A stretch of 64,000 bases of DNA from Octopus vulgaris (Eukaryota): NCBI GenBank assembly GCA_951406725.2, contig OX597825.1:27838001-27902000 (forward strand), written 5' to 3'. Positions 25,639 to 40,108 of this stretch are shown piece after piece. The stretch's first letter is position 1. Each line of letters opens with the position of its first letter. Under the pieces are notes generated by a model. The model made no database searches and was not told where the DNA came from. It saw only the letters and a list, made by a program, of their open reading frames with translations. Position numbers and translations under genes: made by a program.

Positions 25639-26158
25639 ATATATATAAATATATACATAACGTGTATCATATACTAGTGCATACATATATGCAAACTTGC
25701 ATATATGTGCGTGCACATATATATGTACTGTTCATTTGAATTATTTACCTGATAACTAATTAGATTCATATGGTAACCCTGTGTCCACCTTACAATTGTA
25801 GCTAATGTCTTTTAATTATTTTATGTTGTATGTTCTGTAATTCGTATTTAGCGATTTTGTTTATATATATATATAGGATGTTTAAGTGAATTATGATACC
25901 CGTGCAAGTGTAGTTATTTAGAGAATTCGGACGTAATTTTCATTACAGCATTCTATGTGGAGTGGAGATTACAATAACCCACAGACAGGTAGCTAGGCTA
26001 TCGTAATGGAAATTCCCATTTGATGAAGTGAAAGTTTATTTTAGTTAAGTCATTTTAAGACAAAGAGAATATACAGTAAAAGTCAGTAGATAGTTCAGTA
26101 GATCGAACAACAGTTATAATCGCATATATATATTTGGGTGTATAGGCTATGTTTCAGT

Positions 26159-26233
<75 letters not shown>

Positions 26234-26535
26234 TGTGTGTGTGTGTGAGGGTGTGTGTGATTAGAGAGGTATCTCTGAAAGGTCGCTCTGCGGTACAAGC
26301 TGACTTTCACCATTTTAATGACGTAGATTATACGATGTTACACTAATGCTGAATTTTGTTCTCGTGACCTGCTTCTGCCTGCTAAGAGCTTAGTTGTCAA
26401 TATTTTCGTCTATACGGCATCACATACACACAGCCAACGAGATATACATACACTCGCACACACACACATACACGCACACACACAACAACAACAACAACAG
26501 CAACTTCTGTCTCAGTAGCACATAGATACATACAA

Positions 26536-26576
<41 letters not shown>

Positions 26577-26994
26577 TATATATATATATATATTTATTTA
26601 TATATATATTTATTTATTTATCACTCGATGTATTTACTTCTAGCTTCCTATACAAACGTACACATGCATCCATCTACATAGACAAACATACACATGTACA
26701 TATGTGTGTGTGTACGTGTGTCTGTGTGTATGCATGTGTGTTTCAATGTATGCATGTACGCATGTATGTATATATGCATGTATGTATGCGTGTATATATA
26801 TAGTTCCATGTGTGCGCACCTGCAAATAGATACGTGATTTTGAACTAAGGAGGAAGGTGATATAAGATGGGCTGTTCACGACGAAAATAATACATCTTCG
26901 AAGAGAGTAGATATTAATGTATGGTTAGTTGTTTCTGCATATACATAATGGTTATTAGACAGACATATATATATATATAGAGAGAGAGAGAGCG

Positions 26995-27241
26995 AGGTAG
27001 GTAGGTTGGTAGGTAGGTAGGTAGGTAGGTAGGTAGGTAGGTAGGTAGGTAGGTAGGTAGGTAGGTAGGTAGGTAGGTAGGTAGGTAGGTAGGTAGGTAG
27101 GTAGGTAGGTAGGTAGGTAGGTAGGTAGGTGTGTAGGTAGGTAGGCAGGTAGGTAGGTAGTTTGTTAGGTTGTAAGGTAGTAAGGTAGGTAGGTGGGCCT
27201 GGATGGATAGATAGGTAGATAGATAGATAGATAGATAAATG

Positions 27242-27282
<41 letters not shown>

Positions 27283-27299
27283 GTAGATAGATAGATAGG

Positions 27300-27330
<31 letters not shown>

Positions 27331-27334
27331 GTAC

Positions 27335-27426
<92 letters not shown>

Positions 27427-27430
27427 ATAG
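26995..27430. repeat. (AGGT)n then (AGAT)n tetranucleotide arrays
   Basis: Seen directly. Confidence 0.95.
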
Positions 27431-28818
27431 ACATGCAGGTATACATACATACATACACATATACAGACAGATAGACAGACAGACAAATAGATGGATAGGC
27501 AGACATTAAATATTTCTCCTCTATCAGCAATTCTTCGTTCAAAATGTCTTTTGTAGTCACATGAAAAATATAGGCAGAATAGTACTCAACATTTTGTAAA
27601 TTTATATAGTAAAGGTTCACAATCGTTTCATCGTAATTGGATCGTCAGGGGAAAGTCGAATATATGTTAATATACGAGTTTCCTTATATATTAACATACG
27701 TAGCATTAGATATAGCTTATCATACCCAGCACCCATCCCTCAGTCCTCTTTGTTAATTGTTTTTCAATCGTAACAGCAGAAAGAAACAACAACAAAAAAT
27801 ACGAAGAAGCAACAGGCAACCAAAACTTGGAAAAATATTTCAACTACCTATGTTTATTGAGAATCAAGAGTCATTTAGACCGGTAAACTGCCGATATTAT
27901 ACAGAAAATTCATATGCGTGTGATAGCGAATCGTAAATATGCAGTTTAGCATGGGAAGCGATGTTTTTTATACACACTATGCATGTTGTTTATAAATTAG
28001 TGTACTATTGTCAAAGATCTGTGTTCGTGTGCAGAGAGAGAGAGAGAGAGAAAGAGATGTATGTGTGTTTGTATGTAATTTTTTTATGTACTATCTGTAC
28101 GTGTGTTTGGCAAGTGAATATGTGTTGTTGCAATTGTATGATCTCTCAGTGTGTAGGATGGAGAATATATATGTATAAAACATGTGTGAAATATGGGGTG
28201 GGGAGTGTGATCTATACGTATATGTGTGTTTAGGAAGGAAAAGTGTGAGAAAGCCCAATCTATGAGAAGGCCCAATGTGTGAGACAGCGCATGGGATGTA
28301 TTCGAGCTGTTAAATGCACTTTTGTGTTGTGACAGATGAAAGTGCGGCTAAGCGTGTGCGGCCAATTGTGTAAGAGCGCATGCTTGCTCCTACAGCTTGG
28401 GAATGTGTATGCATTTGTCTAGTATATAGCGTGTGCAGTTTGAAATATCCAATCGAGCTGGCAAATACTGTATATATCACAGAATATTTATATAAATGGA
28501 TGGCTAATGTAGACTACGTTGTCAATATGTATGCGTGTTCTTTTTACTGGGCATGTGGTTTTGCATGTGGCATGTGTGTTTGGTGAATGTGTGATTGTGT
28601 AAGTTCGTATATATATATATATGTATATATATTCATATACATACATATGTATATATATATATATATATACGCACACACGCGCACACACGCGCACACACAC
28701 ATATATATATACGTATATCTATATATATATGCATATTTGCATATATATGCAAACACACGTTTGCACATACACGTACGTCAACACAAACACCCATGCAGAT
28801 TCATACATAAATACACAT

Positions 28819-28980
<162 letters not shown>

Positions 28981-28982
28981 CA

Positions 28983-29123
28983 TGCTTCTTTTAGTTTGCT
29001 TCCGACCAAATCCACTTACAAGGCTTTGGTCGGCTTGAGGCTTTAGTAGAAAACCCTTGCCCGTGCAGTGGGGCTGAACTTGGAACCATGTCGTTGGGAA
29101 GCAAACTTCTTAGCACACAGCCA
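28983..29123 (-). mobile_element. 5' half of SINE family A
   Basis: Reverse complement tggctgtgtgctaagaagtttgcttcccaacgacatggttccaagttcagccccactgc...ggatttggtcgg. Confidence 0.7.
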
Positions 29124-29724
29124 TTATACTTTAGAGATTCTAGATGAGAATACATTGCGTCGATCACTGTGAAGATATCGATGTAAATGTAATATTCACG
29201 ATCGTGTGTCGGTTCATCTTTGTCGTACGATTTGTGGCCTACATATATATATATATATATGTAAATGATGTAAGAGTATGTGCGCGTCAAAAGTGAGGTG
29301 CGTTTATAGAATGTGTGCATGTGTGTTTGTGATGTACGATGTGCGTGCATGTACACACGAGAAGATTATTTGGTGGTGCATATATGGCGAGAGTGTGTTT
29401 ATGCTGGCAGCACGTGTGCACAAGTAGCACGTGCAGATGCTCTCTTGGTGTGTGTTCGCTTCAGTGCTAGAGTATGCAGTTTGTGCACGTGCGCGTGTAT
29501 GCGCGTAGTTTTGCATACATGGGCAGCATATATATATGTGAGTAATGTGTGTGTGTGTGTGTGTGTTTATTGCTATGCATCGGGAAGTTCTTGAGAGTAT
29601 CTTCAGATGTCGTCGCGCATTTGTAGTGCATGATGAGAACATTGAATTTGGGGCTTCGAGTTCATGTCGTTTGGGATAACGTCTGTGTGTGTCTGAGTGT
29701 GTATGTATTTATACATATATATAT

Positions 29725-29771
<47 letters not shown>

Positions 29772-29813
29772 CACGCATACATATATACGTGCATATATAT
29801 ATTCATATATATA

Positions 29814-29883
<70 letters not shown>

Positions 29884-30157
29884 TATCTGTGTTATATGTT
29901 TGTTACACACGAATATGTAAATGGCACATCATTTTATTCATACTTGTGTATATTTGCATATAAGTATGCCTGTCTCTATGAAATTGTATATGAGTGTAAT
30001 GGAAGCGTGTTTTGGAGTATTCCGTAAGCAAATGTGAAATATGTGTATATCCATCGATATGAAGGAACTTTTTATGTGTGATTGATATCAGAGGCTCTAG
30101 AACAGCACACGCATATGCATATATCAAGGGAAAGGAAGCATCTATATATATATGTGC

Positions 30158-30202
<45 letters not shown>

Positions 30203-30539
30203 TGTGTGTGTGTGTGTGTGTGTGAGTGAGTGCGCGTGTGCATACACGGTCAGGAGCACATGCATATTTCTATGCATTAGTTCAATGTGTATATGTTTCA
30301 CAGTTATGTTTGGATAGACACACACACAGCACAGACACACACGCACGCACACACACATGCACACACACATACACAAACATAGAAGGGATTGGTGTAAGTT
30401 TATGTGCGTATACATATGCATAATTGCGTGTGTACATGTCTGTCTGTGTATGCGTGCTCGAACCATAGTAAACGTTCATGATATTGTATTGGTTTGTTTG
30501 TAGCACGATGCTGTTGTTTTATGAAGATGTAGATGACGA

Positions 30540-30737
30540 TGGTGGTGGTGGTGGTGGTGGTGGTGGTGGTGGTGTGGTGGTGGTGGTGGTGGTGGTGGTG
30601 GTGGTGGTGGTGGTGGTGGTGGCGATGGTAGTGGTGGTGGTGGTGGTTGTGGTGGTGGTGGTGGTGGTGGTGGTGGTGGTGGTGGTGGTGGTGGTGGTGG
30701 TGGTGGTGGTGGTGGTGGTGGTGGTGGTGGTGGTGGT
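30540..30737. repeat. (GGT)n microsatellite
   Basis: Seen directly. Confidence 0.95.
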
Positions 30738-31238
30738 TTGGTGGGGTTGCTATTTGCGACGGCTATGACGACGACGGAGATGACAAGTTGCGTGCCTTAA
30801 TCCATTTCAGCAGGCAACCGGTGGAGATGAACTTGAACGCTCTGATCTGTCTTTTGAATGATTAATCTATAACCTAATGACATATGAATGTGTGGCCGTG
30901 CGTGTGAATTTTTGTGGGGAAAGGGGTCAAGTGTTATATGATGAAAAGTGCAAAGTAATTTCTTCAGTGCGCCCGAAAGCGGAGGCAGGGGGTATGAGTA
31001 GGAGAGTTGTTGGTGCTAGAAATTGATGAAGTTAAATATTAAAATAAAAGTGTGTACTTGTTGTGAGAACGATACCGCTTTTTCTGGGTAGAAAAAAATA
31101 CTCAAAGTATACACAACACGCATAGTCACACACGTATATGAATAAATATGTGCGTGTGTGTTGATCTGTATGTATGTATGTATATATATCTATGTATGTG
31201 TGCATGTATGCATACATTGCTGAGAATAAACCATGTAT

Positions 31239-31464
31239 ATAGTTCTTTACTACCCACAAGGGGTTAAACACAGAGGGGACAAACAAGGATCAACAAACAG
31301 ATTAAGTCGACCCCAGTGCGTAACTGGTACTTAATTTATCGACCCCAAAAGGATGAAAGGCAAAGTCCACCACGGCGGAATTTGAACTCAGAACGTAAGA
31401 GCAGACGAAACACGGCTACGCATTTCGCCCAGCGTGCTAACGTTTCTACCAGCTCGCCGCCTTC
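31239..31464 (-). mobile_element. SINE family B (Nin-domain-like), full-length, with 16-bp target-site duplication
   Basis: Head aaggcggcgagctggtagaaacgttagc...gagttcaaattcc, body gcctttcatccttttggggtcgataaa. Flanked by agaataaaccatgtat at 31223-31238 and 31465-31480. Confidence 0.88.
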
Positions 31465-33390
31465 AGAATAAACCATGTATGCATGCATATATGTATGTAT
31501 GCATACATGTATGTATGCATGTATGTATGTATGTATGTATGTATGTATGTATGTATGTATGTAGCGAGAAAAGTAGACAGTGCGAACGAGAGAAGGAAAA
31601 GTAATAGCAAAGCATCAATTACCCAAACGAGAAATGTTCAGGATCTAAATATCAGAAATATTAGTATGTCCCTCACACGTTTTAACAGTTATACGTTTCG
31701 GATATTGGGCTTCTTTGGGATATTAATATAGTTTGTATAAAAAGGGGATAAATGACGAGGAAAAGACAACGAAAGTTTAAGAAATAATTGAGTCGAATTC
31801 GAAGCACGTTATTATCTTCTTTATGATATATTCAATGATTCTTTTCTCCCGCTTTGCTACTCTGTTGTAAACAATGAATGTCAATTACTTATATTTATTT
31901 TTCAATAACAGATGGCAACCATAATCATTTTAGATAACATATATTTGACGTCAATACTTTCAAAGTAGTTTTATTTATGTAATGAATAATTTTTTATCGA
32001 TGTTATAGAATATAGTTTTATTTTTTCCAAGAAACATTTATTTCGTTGTGATCTTGAAGTTATAAACATATTTCTTTTGTGTTTCAAGTAATTTTTTCAA
32101 AACAAACTTTACGAAATATCTCAGATGTTTGATATTCTTTGCTAACATATGTCATAGGCAGCGAGCTCAATTTGGAGATATGAACTGGTACGCATTGAGA
32201 TACCACGCAATAGCATTCAATGGACGAAAGTAAGACGTTTATGGATGGTAAAATCAATAAACCATCCAAGAAAATATCTTTTAATATATATTCATGGGTC
32301 TTGCTGTCGTGCACTTAATTATATTTATAACATAAATTATGTAGACGTTGACATACCATTTTTCTATATTTTCAAATCATCCCAACATTTCGAAGTATGT
32401 ACCATTGTATTGTACCAGTATATAGTTGTTTATCCTTAAATAAGCGTAGATGCACCAACCAGTCCTGTGATGACATGTTTCAGTCGTAACCATCCAGTTT
32501 TTGTTCATTCTTTATTTTCTGAAACGCCATTTACCCACACTCACACACCTTATCATATGTAATGCTCTTTTCTCGAAATGCGCCTAAGTGGGATGGTTAA
32601 TAGCATTCTCAAATAGCTTAATATACCCACAAACACTTCTTGGACGGTGGTGGAATTCTTCATTACATTTATTAGGCTAACATTATTAGATTGATGGAAT
32701 TGCTGGTGGAGACTAAATATCACCTGACGAAATGGCGTACTTACGCAGTAAAGTGGAATTACGTAATTTTATTTTTAATACTGTTTTCAATTGGTTTATA
32801 TATGCACAAATTCACGTGGTGCAATTTCTCATTACGATTATGCAGACCAATTTCAACATTTTCTAGTGTAACAAGACAACTCTTTTATCTAGATAATCAA
32901 TGAAATATAATCTAATTTGAACTTAAATCATGTTCCGTCCTCCTCTGCACATCGATCGATCTCACGTCCCATATTTCCATTAAATAACTATTAACTATTA
33001 CAAAATTTTCATAGTCCTGCACTCAGAAATTCTCAAGAAGCATTCTATGCAGTCACCCACAAATATTTTCTTCAAAAAATAGCCGAATTGGAGGAAAGAG
33101 GCAGAGGATTTAGAAAAAAAAACACTATCAGCAATAGATTAAATATCGATTCCGAAATTTCGAGTATTTCAAGTTAACATTCTTTTAACTCGAAAAACAA
33201 TGAACCGAAACGAATAGTACAAGATATCCCATCCGACGTTTAAAAATATAAAATATACAAAACCACTGCAAGCAAAATAGCAATTAGTGTGCATATCGCT
33301 GTCTCTCTCTCCCTCTCTCACTGTATATACACGCACACACACACACTCTCTCTCTCACTCACACACACACACATACACACACACACACAT

Positions 33391-33442
<52 letters not shown>

Positions 33443-35660
33443 ACGAACAGATACACACCCACAGACATACACACGTATATGTGTATATATATATGTGTGC
33501 TTGTGTGTGTGTGAGTGCATGTGTGTGAGTGCATTTTGCGTGTGTGCCTACTGGTTAAGATAATGTTATTTCAAAACACAGCCTGCGTCAGTTTTTCGGG
33601 AATACCTTTTGCAAGAGCTGTAAATTTCTTAGGCATTTTTTTACCTTACATTTCAGATAAATAATGCGAGACATCAAGAGGACTCCTTAATTGAAAGGGC
33701 ACACTGTAACCGTTGTCTTAAAAGCGCAGTATAATGATACATGGATAGCCCACTTTCTGAAAATTATCAAATTTCGAAAATAACTTTCGAAAACAATTGC
33801 AAAATGCAACATCCAACAACAGTAGTTAAATACGAAACGCATGCACAGTATCCTAACACCAACAGAACTCATGAGTTTGTACAAAAAATTCAATAATTAA
33901 TCGTAAAAATAAACTTGTCAGAGCCATTAAAAATGACTTAAGTTTTCAGAATGCACCATCAGAAGAGTTGTAGATGAGGGATACTGCTACCAGTTGTATG
34001 TGAGGCGGATGTGACAAGAGAGAAACAGCCGATTCGTACAAAGTATTGGCTAACAAGAGGCTGCCTTGCTTTAGTTTTTTTTTTTTTTTTTTGTTTCCGA
34101 TGAGAATTTCGATTAGAAACAAAAGATATGCGGAGTGAACGACAGGTTATTATTCAAAGTCCTCAATGTGATTCAAACTCTCATGCATACTGGGTTTGCA
34201 GCAGCTGTGCTAGTTCTGTGAGATGTAAGCAACAAGGGATGTCATGCATCCTACTTTTATTCATAGGATGTAAGATTGAAAAGCGATGTGTACATGGAGG
34301 CGTGGGAGAAAATTGTGAAGCCCTAGATAGATAGAGTGTGTAGCGAAAGACGGTAAGTTTTTCATCACGGCGCTGCACCTTCTCATAAGACTAGGACAAC
34401 ACAATCGCAGGTTCTCGATTAACTTCAGAAACATGTTTGCCTAGGCTCACAAGACCTCAGCCGACTGGACTATTACTTATGGTATGTAGTTGAGAGAGAA
34501 GCAAAACAACAGCCCTCGAATACCATACAGCCTCCCAAGTCTGCCATAACCAACACTACGTCCGAACGGTAATCTGATTCCGACGTGTCAGGTGATATCT
34601 TACCATGGATGCTATCGCTGGATCCATTGAATAGGTGGGGTAAAAGGATTCTCAAAATTTTTTGTACCAATTTATCTTCAAATACAATTTTTCTTTGATG
34701 ACCTATGCATTTTGCATTCTAAATTCATAAAAATGGCATTAAAAACCTGTCATACCATGTACTTTCAAGAACAAATGAGGATATACTTATTGTGAGAATT
34801 CTTGACTGAGAATACAGTCAAATTTCTGATGGAGATCCAGTCAACTTAATCTCAAAATATGCGTGCATATGTATATGTGCGAGTGTGTGTGGTGTATGTG
34901 TGTGTGATCTATTATATGTATGAAGACGTAACGACGGCGTGATAAATTGTAAAATATCAGTCAGTATATATGTAAATTTCACGTGGTAAATATTGCTTTC
35001 TGCGTTAGATACAAAACCTTAAATATTTTAGAGGGTGCGCTAGTCGAAAAGAATTAGGGACATTGATACAAGGTTTATGAAATGCATGATGAATTCAATT
35101 AGCAACATCGTTAAACATATTGTTTTTTAAAATAATATAAAATATTGTCTCATTGCATTGCATTCTGAAAAGTGAATGTGTTTTTCTTACCTTTACCTGT
35201 GGAAATGAAAGAATAGGAGTGGCTGAATGCATGGAGTGCTTTACAGGGGTTTTTTGGAGTGTGAAAGCGATAGGAGAAAATAAGGGAAGTCGATTGTTTG
35301 AGGAAATATATTTATAGCACGCAAGGATAGATGTACTGGGGTTGTGTTCGTTTTTAAATCTAGGCATGAAAATCTGAAAACAAATAATTCTATGAAAACA
35401 TATTTTAAAATAAAAGTGTATTCAGTATTAGCAGCAAAGCAGCTGAAGTTATATTTTGAGATGTTGATATATGAATAATAGGGGAAGAGATATTTTCCTT
35501 TTATAATTATTATTACATTTTCTTTAAAAATAACCTAAAAGAAATTAGGAAAAGAGAGATGGTGATGCATTTATGCTTAGGGTGGTAAGGAGTGGAATAA
35601 TGTATAATGTGTGCACATGTACACATGTAGTGCGTGAGTGTGTGGGACGGAATACAATTG

Positions 35661-35693
<33 letters not shown>

Positions 35694-35695
35694 AA

Positions 35696-35729
<34 letters not shown>

Positions 35730-35992
35730 AATATATATATATATATGTATATGTATATGTGTGTATATATATGTATGCATATATGTACACATTAGTATAT
35801 ATGCCTATACATGTGTATACATACACACACACACGCATATATATGTATGTATATGAATTTATGTATATATATATAATACTCCTTAATGCTCTAAGCCGTA
35901 TTCTTTGAGTATTTTTTCGGAATGCTTATGTGTATTTCTATGTGACAGTAAGACTATAACATATATCTATGTGTGTGTGTGTGTGTGTGTAA

Positions 35993-36059
<67 letters not shown>

Positions 36060-37453
36060 TACATATATACATATATATATTAATATCTTCTTTTTCGCTC
36101 CATAAGTCTTTAAGCGCTATAAAGAAACCCTTCCCTGTGCCTTGTATTCATCGTTATTTCTTTCCCTCTAAAGAGTTTTATACAAATGGCAATATCTTAA
36201 AATATAGATTCGTTAATGTTACTATTTTGTTTTTCAATAAATCATCTCCCAGTTACGCTTCTCATCTTTTTAATCACCAGTTCCAATAACTTCAACACAC
36301 TGTCTTTCATAAATGATCGGAAAATATATGGACATACATGTACAATTTGTATAAAAAAAAATACACGAACGGGCGCACAGGCAAACACACAAACACTCGC
36401 ACACACACACAAACACACACACACACACCTACATGCATATGCATATCAAAATTTATGTCCTCCTTACGTTAAATCTGTAAAATTAAACAATTGATTCTGT
36501 GAAAGATGGAATGTTTTTCTAGGGTATACCGAATATATGGTACGATACAGGATATTACCGATTATGCAAACTCCGAAATATTTGGTTCTAAGGACTACGG
36601 ATACCTTTTCTTCTCTCCACTTCCCAACATCTCTCCTCACCTTCTCTCTCTCCCCTCTTTCGATTTCTCCCTCGCTTCTCTCTCTCCCTCTCATGCCCTA
36701 CCCATCTCTCTTTCTCTTGCTTGTTTCTCTCTCTCTCTCGCTCTTTCTCTCTCTCTCTCACTCTCTCTACCTCCTTCGTTTCGTGTGATTTGCTTTACTC
36801 TATTCAGAGAGGAAAGACACCAACTTACAATATAATTTTCCCTACCAGATCGATCCGGATATTGGAAATAACTCTTTGTTAGGAATCTCAAAGACGCTCT
36901 CGTACAGAAAGTTATGGCTTGTAAAAACAATAGCTGCAATGAAGCTTTGGACAGTTTTAACAAACCTAATTTGAACTAATTGATGACGTTCAACGTAACC
37001 TACAGAAATATTCTGCTTGATTTGAAAATATGCTTCATTTTAATGAAAGAGACGTTGCTGAAGTGTCCCAAGGGATCGAGGGAACGGGACATGGTTTGTA
37101 TGCAACAAGCCCACAGAAGAATTTCTTCGAGAAATACCTAGGTTGTAATTGGCCTGCTAACAGGTACAATATGTGCAGATAGTCCAACTGCTCCGTCGCC
37201 GTTACGAATATTTAATACCGTTCATGACTACGTTCAAGAGAATATTCAAAGTAATGATGGAGATTTATGATAGACAGAATATAACGGCCGATACGAATAC
37301 TACAGTAACCTCGGATTTGGGGAATTTGAGATTAACAAGATTATTCCTGACGAAATGGCATAGTTAAGTAATATTTTGTAATGTTTTATTCATTATTAAA
37401 CAGAAGTAACCACGCGACTACTGAAACGTGTATAATGATGCGTGTATGAGTAA

Positions 37454-37502
<49 letters not shown>

Positions 37503-37508
37503 TATATA

Positions 37509-37547
<39 letters not shown>

Positions 37548-37727
37548 ATATATCATATATGTGTGTGCGTGCAGGTGTAAATAGTTATAGGTAGATAGGT
37601 AAATTAATAAATATATATATATGCATAATTAACTGGAGAGATTTTTAACTGAATTGCAATTTCAATTTTGCAAATGATAAAATATTTTAGCATTCAGATG
37701 TTTGTAGAATGCAGTTAAACTTCCTTC

Positions 37728-37758
<31 letters not shown>

Positions 37759-38665
37759 TTAATGCTGTCCTTATGATTAGATGTCAGTTCTTTAGGAATA
37801 AAAGTTTACCACTCAAGATTCCTTGATCCATAACTACTTTGGAATTTAAGGAGGCTAAAAATTCAATAGTTATGAACGAAACACAAGAAAAATATAAACA
37901 GTATAAAATGAAAGTAAATGGTTTGAAAGTCAAATGAGAAAAAGAAATGATTCCGCTGAACTATTATAAATAATTAAAATGAAAAATATAACAAAAATGT
38001 CAGAATTTGATGAGATGAATATTTTTTCGTTGAGTAATCTTTCTGTGTTCCCGTTCTATTATAGCTTTATCTGCTACAAATGGCATTGTATTGGATTTCT
38101 TGCTGCGTTTTCATTTTCTGGTAAACTTAATAAATCGAAAATGTTCGTTTAATACTGCATGTGTAATATATTCTTCGTGTATAAGTTAAGGCTATGGGTG
38201 TAAATGGAGCGTGTAAAAGAGTCCCACTTCAAATATGCAAACTTTTCAAGTTGTTTCTGAAATCCATTTGACACATGATTTTAGAAAGAAAAACATAAGA
38301 AGAAAATTCAAATAGAAATAATATCGATATTTATTGGCTTCAATGAAAAAAATATATATTATTTAAAATTTAGAGAAAAATTTTTTAATTTGCATCTGAA
38401 AGAAATTTTAAATATCAGACATTAAAATTAGGTCATTGAACCATGACAGACAAACAACTTGATCTGCTTGAAATGCATCGTTACACTTGACATAGTTTCA
38501 TCACTGCCATAACAACAATGACATTACTAAAACCAATATTTCTTCAGATACTAATATTATTCATAGAGGTATAAACAAATACACATATAAATAGCTATAT
38601 AAATATCCATACATGCTCGCACACTCTCACACACACACATAATATTTTACAGGAATATTGATAGA

Positions 38666-38740
38666 CAGTGACGTCGAAGTTTCGGCTTGCTAGCCTTCAT
38701 CGATCTATGAAAACTAGCAGGTGAAATTTCGAAGTCACTG
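38666..38740. repeat. Diverged short fold-back (35-bp arms) with a partial hammerhead-like motif
   Basis: cagtgacgtcgaagtttcggcttgctagccttcat / atgaaaactagcaggtgaaatttcgaagtcactg. Minus strand reads GATGA-A-GGCT(agca)AGCC-GAAA-C...GTC. Confidence 0.45.
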
Positions 38741-38941
38741 CCCCTTCTCTTCTAATTAACGTATAATAGATGTTATACAATAATCTTCAGATTAACGTAC
38801 AGTTGCTTTAGAGATAAAATCTACCTCACACACTCTCTCGCCTCTCTCACGCACACACACATACATGGATGTATTATAGATATGAGTGTATGTATATATA
38901 CATGTGTGTGTATGTATATACACATCTATGTGTGTGCGTGA

Positions 38942-38973
<32 letters not shown>

Positions 38974-39138
38974 AAACCTTTTATCTCACCTGTATAGATA
39001 CACTCGCCTGTTCTCTTTCTCGCGACAGAATTTAAGTATGAGCCAGCGCTTCAGAGATGATTATCATAAAATGCCATGAATAGATTTTTCAGAAGTCGAC
39101 TATTTGGTTAAACAATTTATATATATATATATATATAT

Positions 39139-39389
39139 ACCGGAGTAAACACATAAATGTGAAACAAGGAGGAAAAAAAGAGTACTCAAATACCAGGGGT
39201 AGAGTAATATGCTTTATTTAAAAGCAGCAGAAATTCAACAAAACCTGTTACTCGGACTTTCACGTTCCCGTTCGTCGGATAGTTTTGTTAAAATTCTAAC
39301 AATTTTAACAAAATTGTCCGACGAATGGGAACGTGAAACTCCGAGTAACAGGTTTTGTTGAATTTCTGCTGCTTTTAAATAAAGTATAT
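39139..39389 (-). mobile_element. Fold-back PLE-end fragment in (TA)n: 89-bp arms (39207-39295 / 39301-39389) plus a ~68-bp unpaired tail
   Basis: Near-perfect inverted arms with a 5-bp spacer, (TA)n on both sides, hammerhead-like motif in both arms. Confidence 0.78.
39307..39359 (+). ncRNA. Minimal hammerhead-like ribozyme, U4C core (CCGACGA); second copy at 39237-39289 on -
   Basis: AACAAAATTGT-CCGACGA-ATG(GGAA)CGT-GAAA-CTCCGAG-TA-ACAGGTTTTGTT. The other arm has a perfect ACG(GGAA)CGT stem II. GUA triplet. Confidence 0.62.
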
Positions 39390-39391
39390 AC

Positions 39392-39460
<69 letters not shown>

Positions 39461-39944
39461 AAATATATATAATATATATATGTAATCAAATAGTATATTA
39501 GTTAACCACTTGACTTGTAAAGGAAGAACTGAAATACAAACATTTCCAATTTTTTTCTATTCTTTCATATTTATATATGAAATTTTCAGGCCAAAATTAT
39601 AAAAAACCGCCAAGCTTACAAAAGAGCGTCTACTGTGTGCAATCTGCCAGCGTTTTCTTGGAGGAATCTAAAAGTTTACGTGTATTATTTTAAGAAGCCC
39701 CTGATGAAAGGTTGTGTTACTACGAACACAGATTCTGATTACAAGGGAATCACACATATCTAAGCTTAAAATCGATTAGTTTTGCGCAACATGGTGAACA
39801 GACGAATGTAGTTACCTGCATAAAATAGTCGTAGACATACATTGATTAAAACGTCCTTCATACACTCTTTGGAGAAAGCGTAAAGGTATACGCATAGTGT
39901 AAGGACTTGCTTGAGAAAAACCAAGAAAAAACAAGGATGCTTAA

Positions 39945-40108
39945 CGTCATTTCGTCCCTCTTCAGGTTTTGATTTAAAATTTTGCCGATTTCCACTTTGT
40001 CTTTCGTTCTTTCGGGATCGTTAAAATAATTGCCAGTCTAGCACTGGACTCGATGTAATTGACGTATACCCCCCAAATTGCTGGCCTTGTGCAGAAATTT
40101 GAAACCAT
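39945..40108 (+). mobile_element. Degenerate SINE family B copy
   Basis: catttcgtccc...ctttcgggatcgttaaaa...aaattgctggccttgtgcagaaatttgaaacca. Confidence 0.6.

Noticed and set aside
33550-34860. Complex region that might be an old transposon or exon (likewise ~36850-37370 and ~48040-48470)
   Set aside because: Only short ORFs, with no diagnostic motifs, TIRs or splice pattern that I can support.
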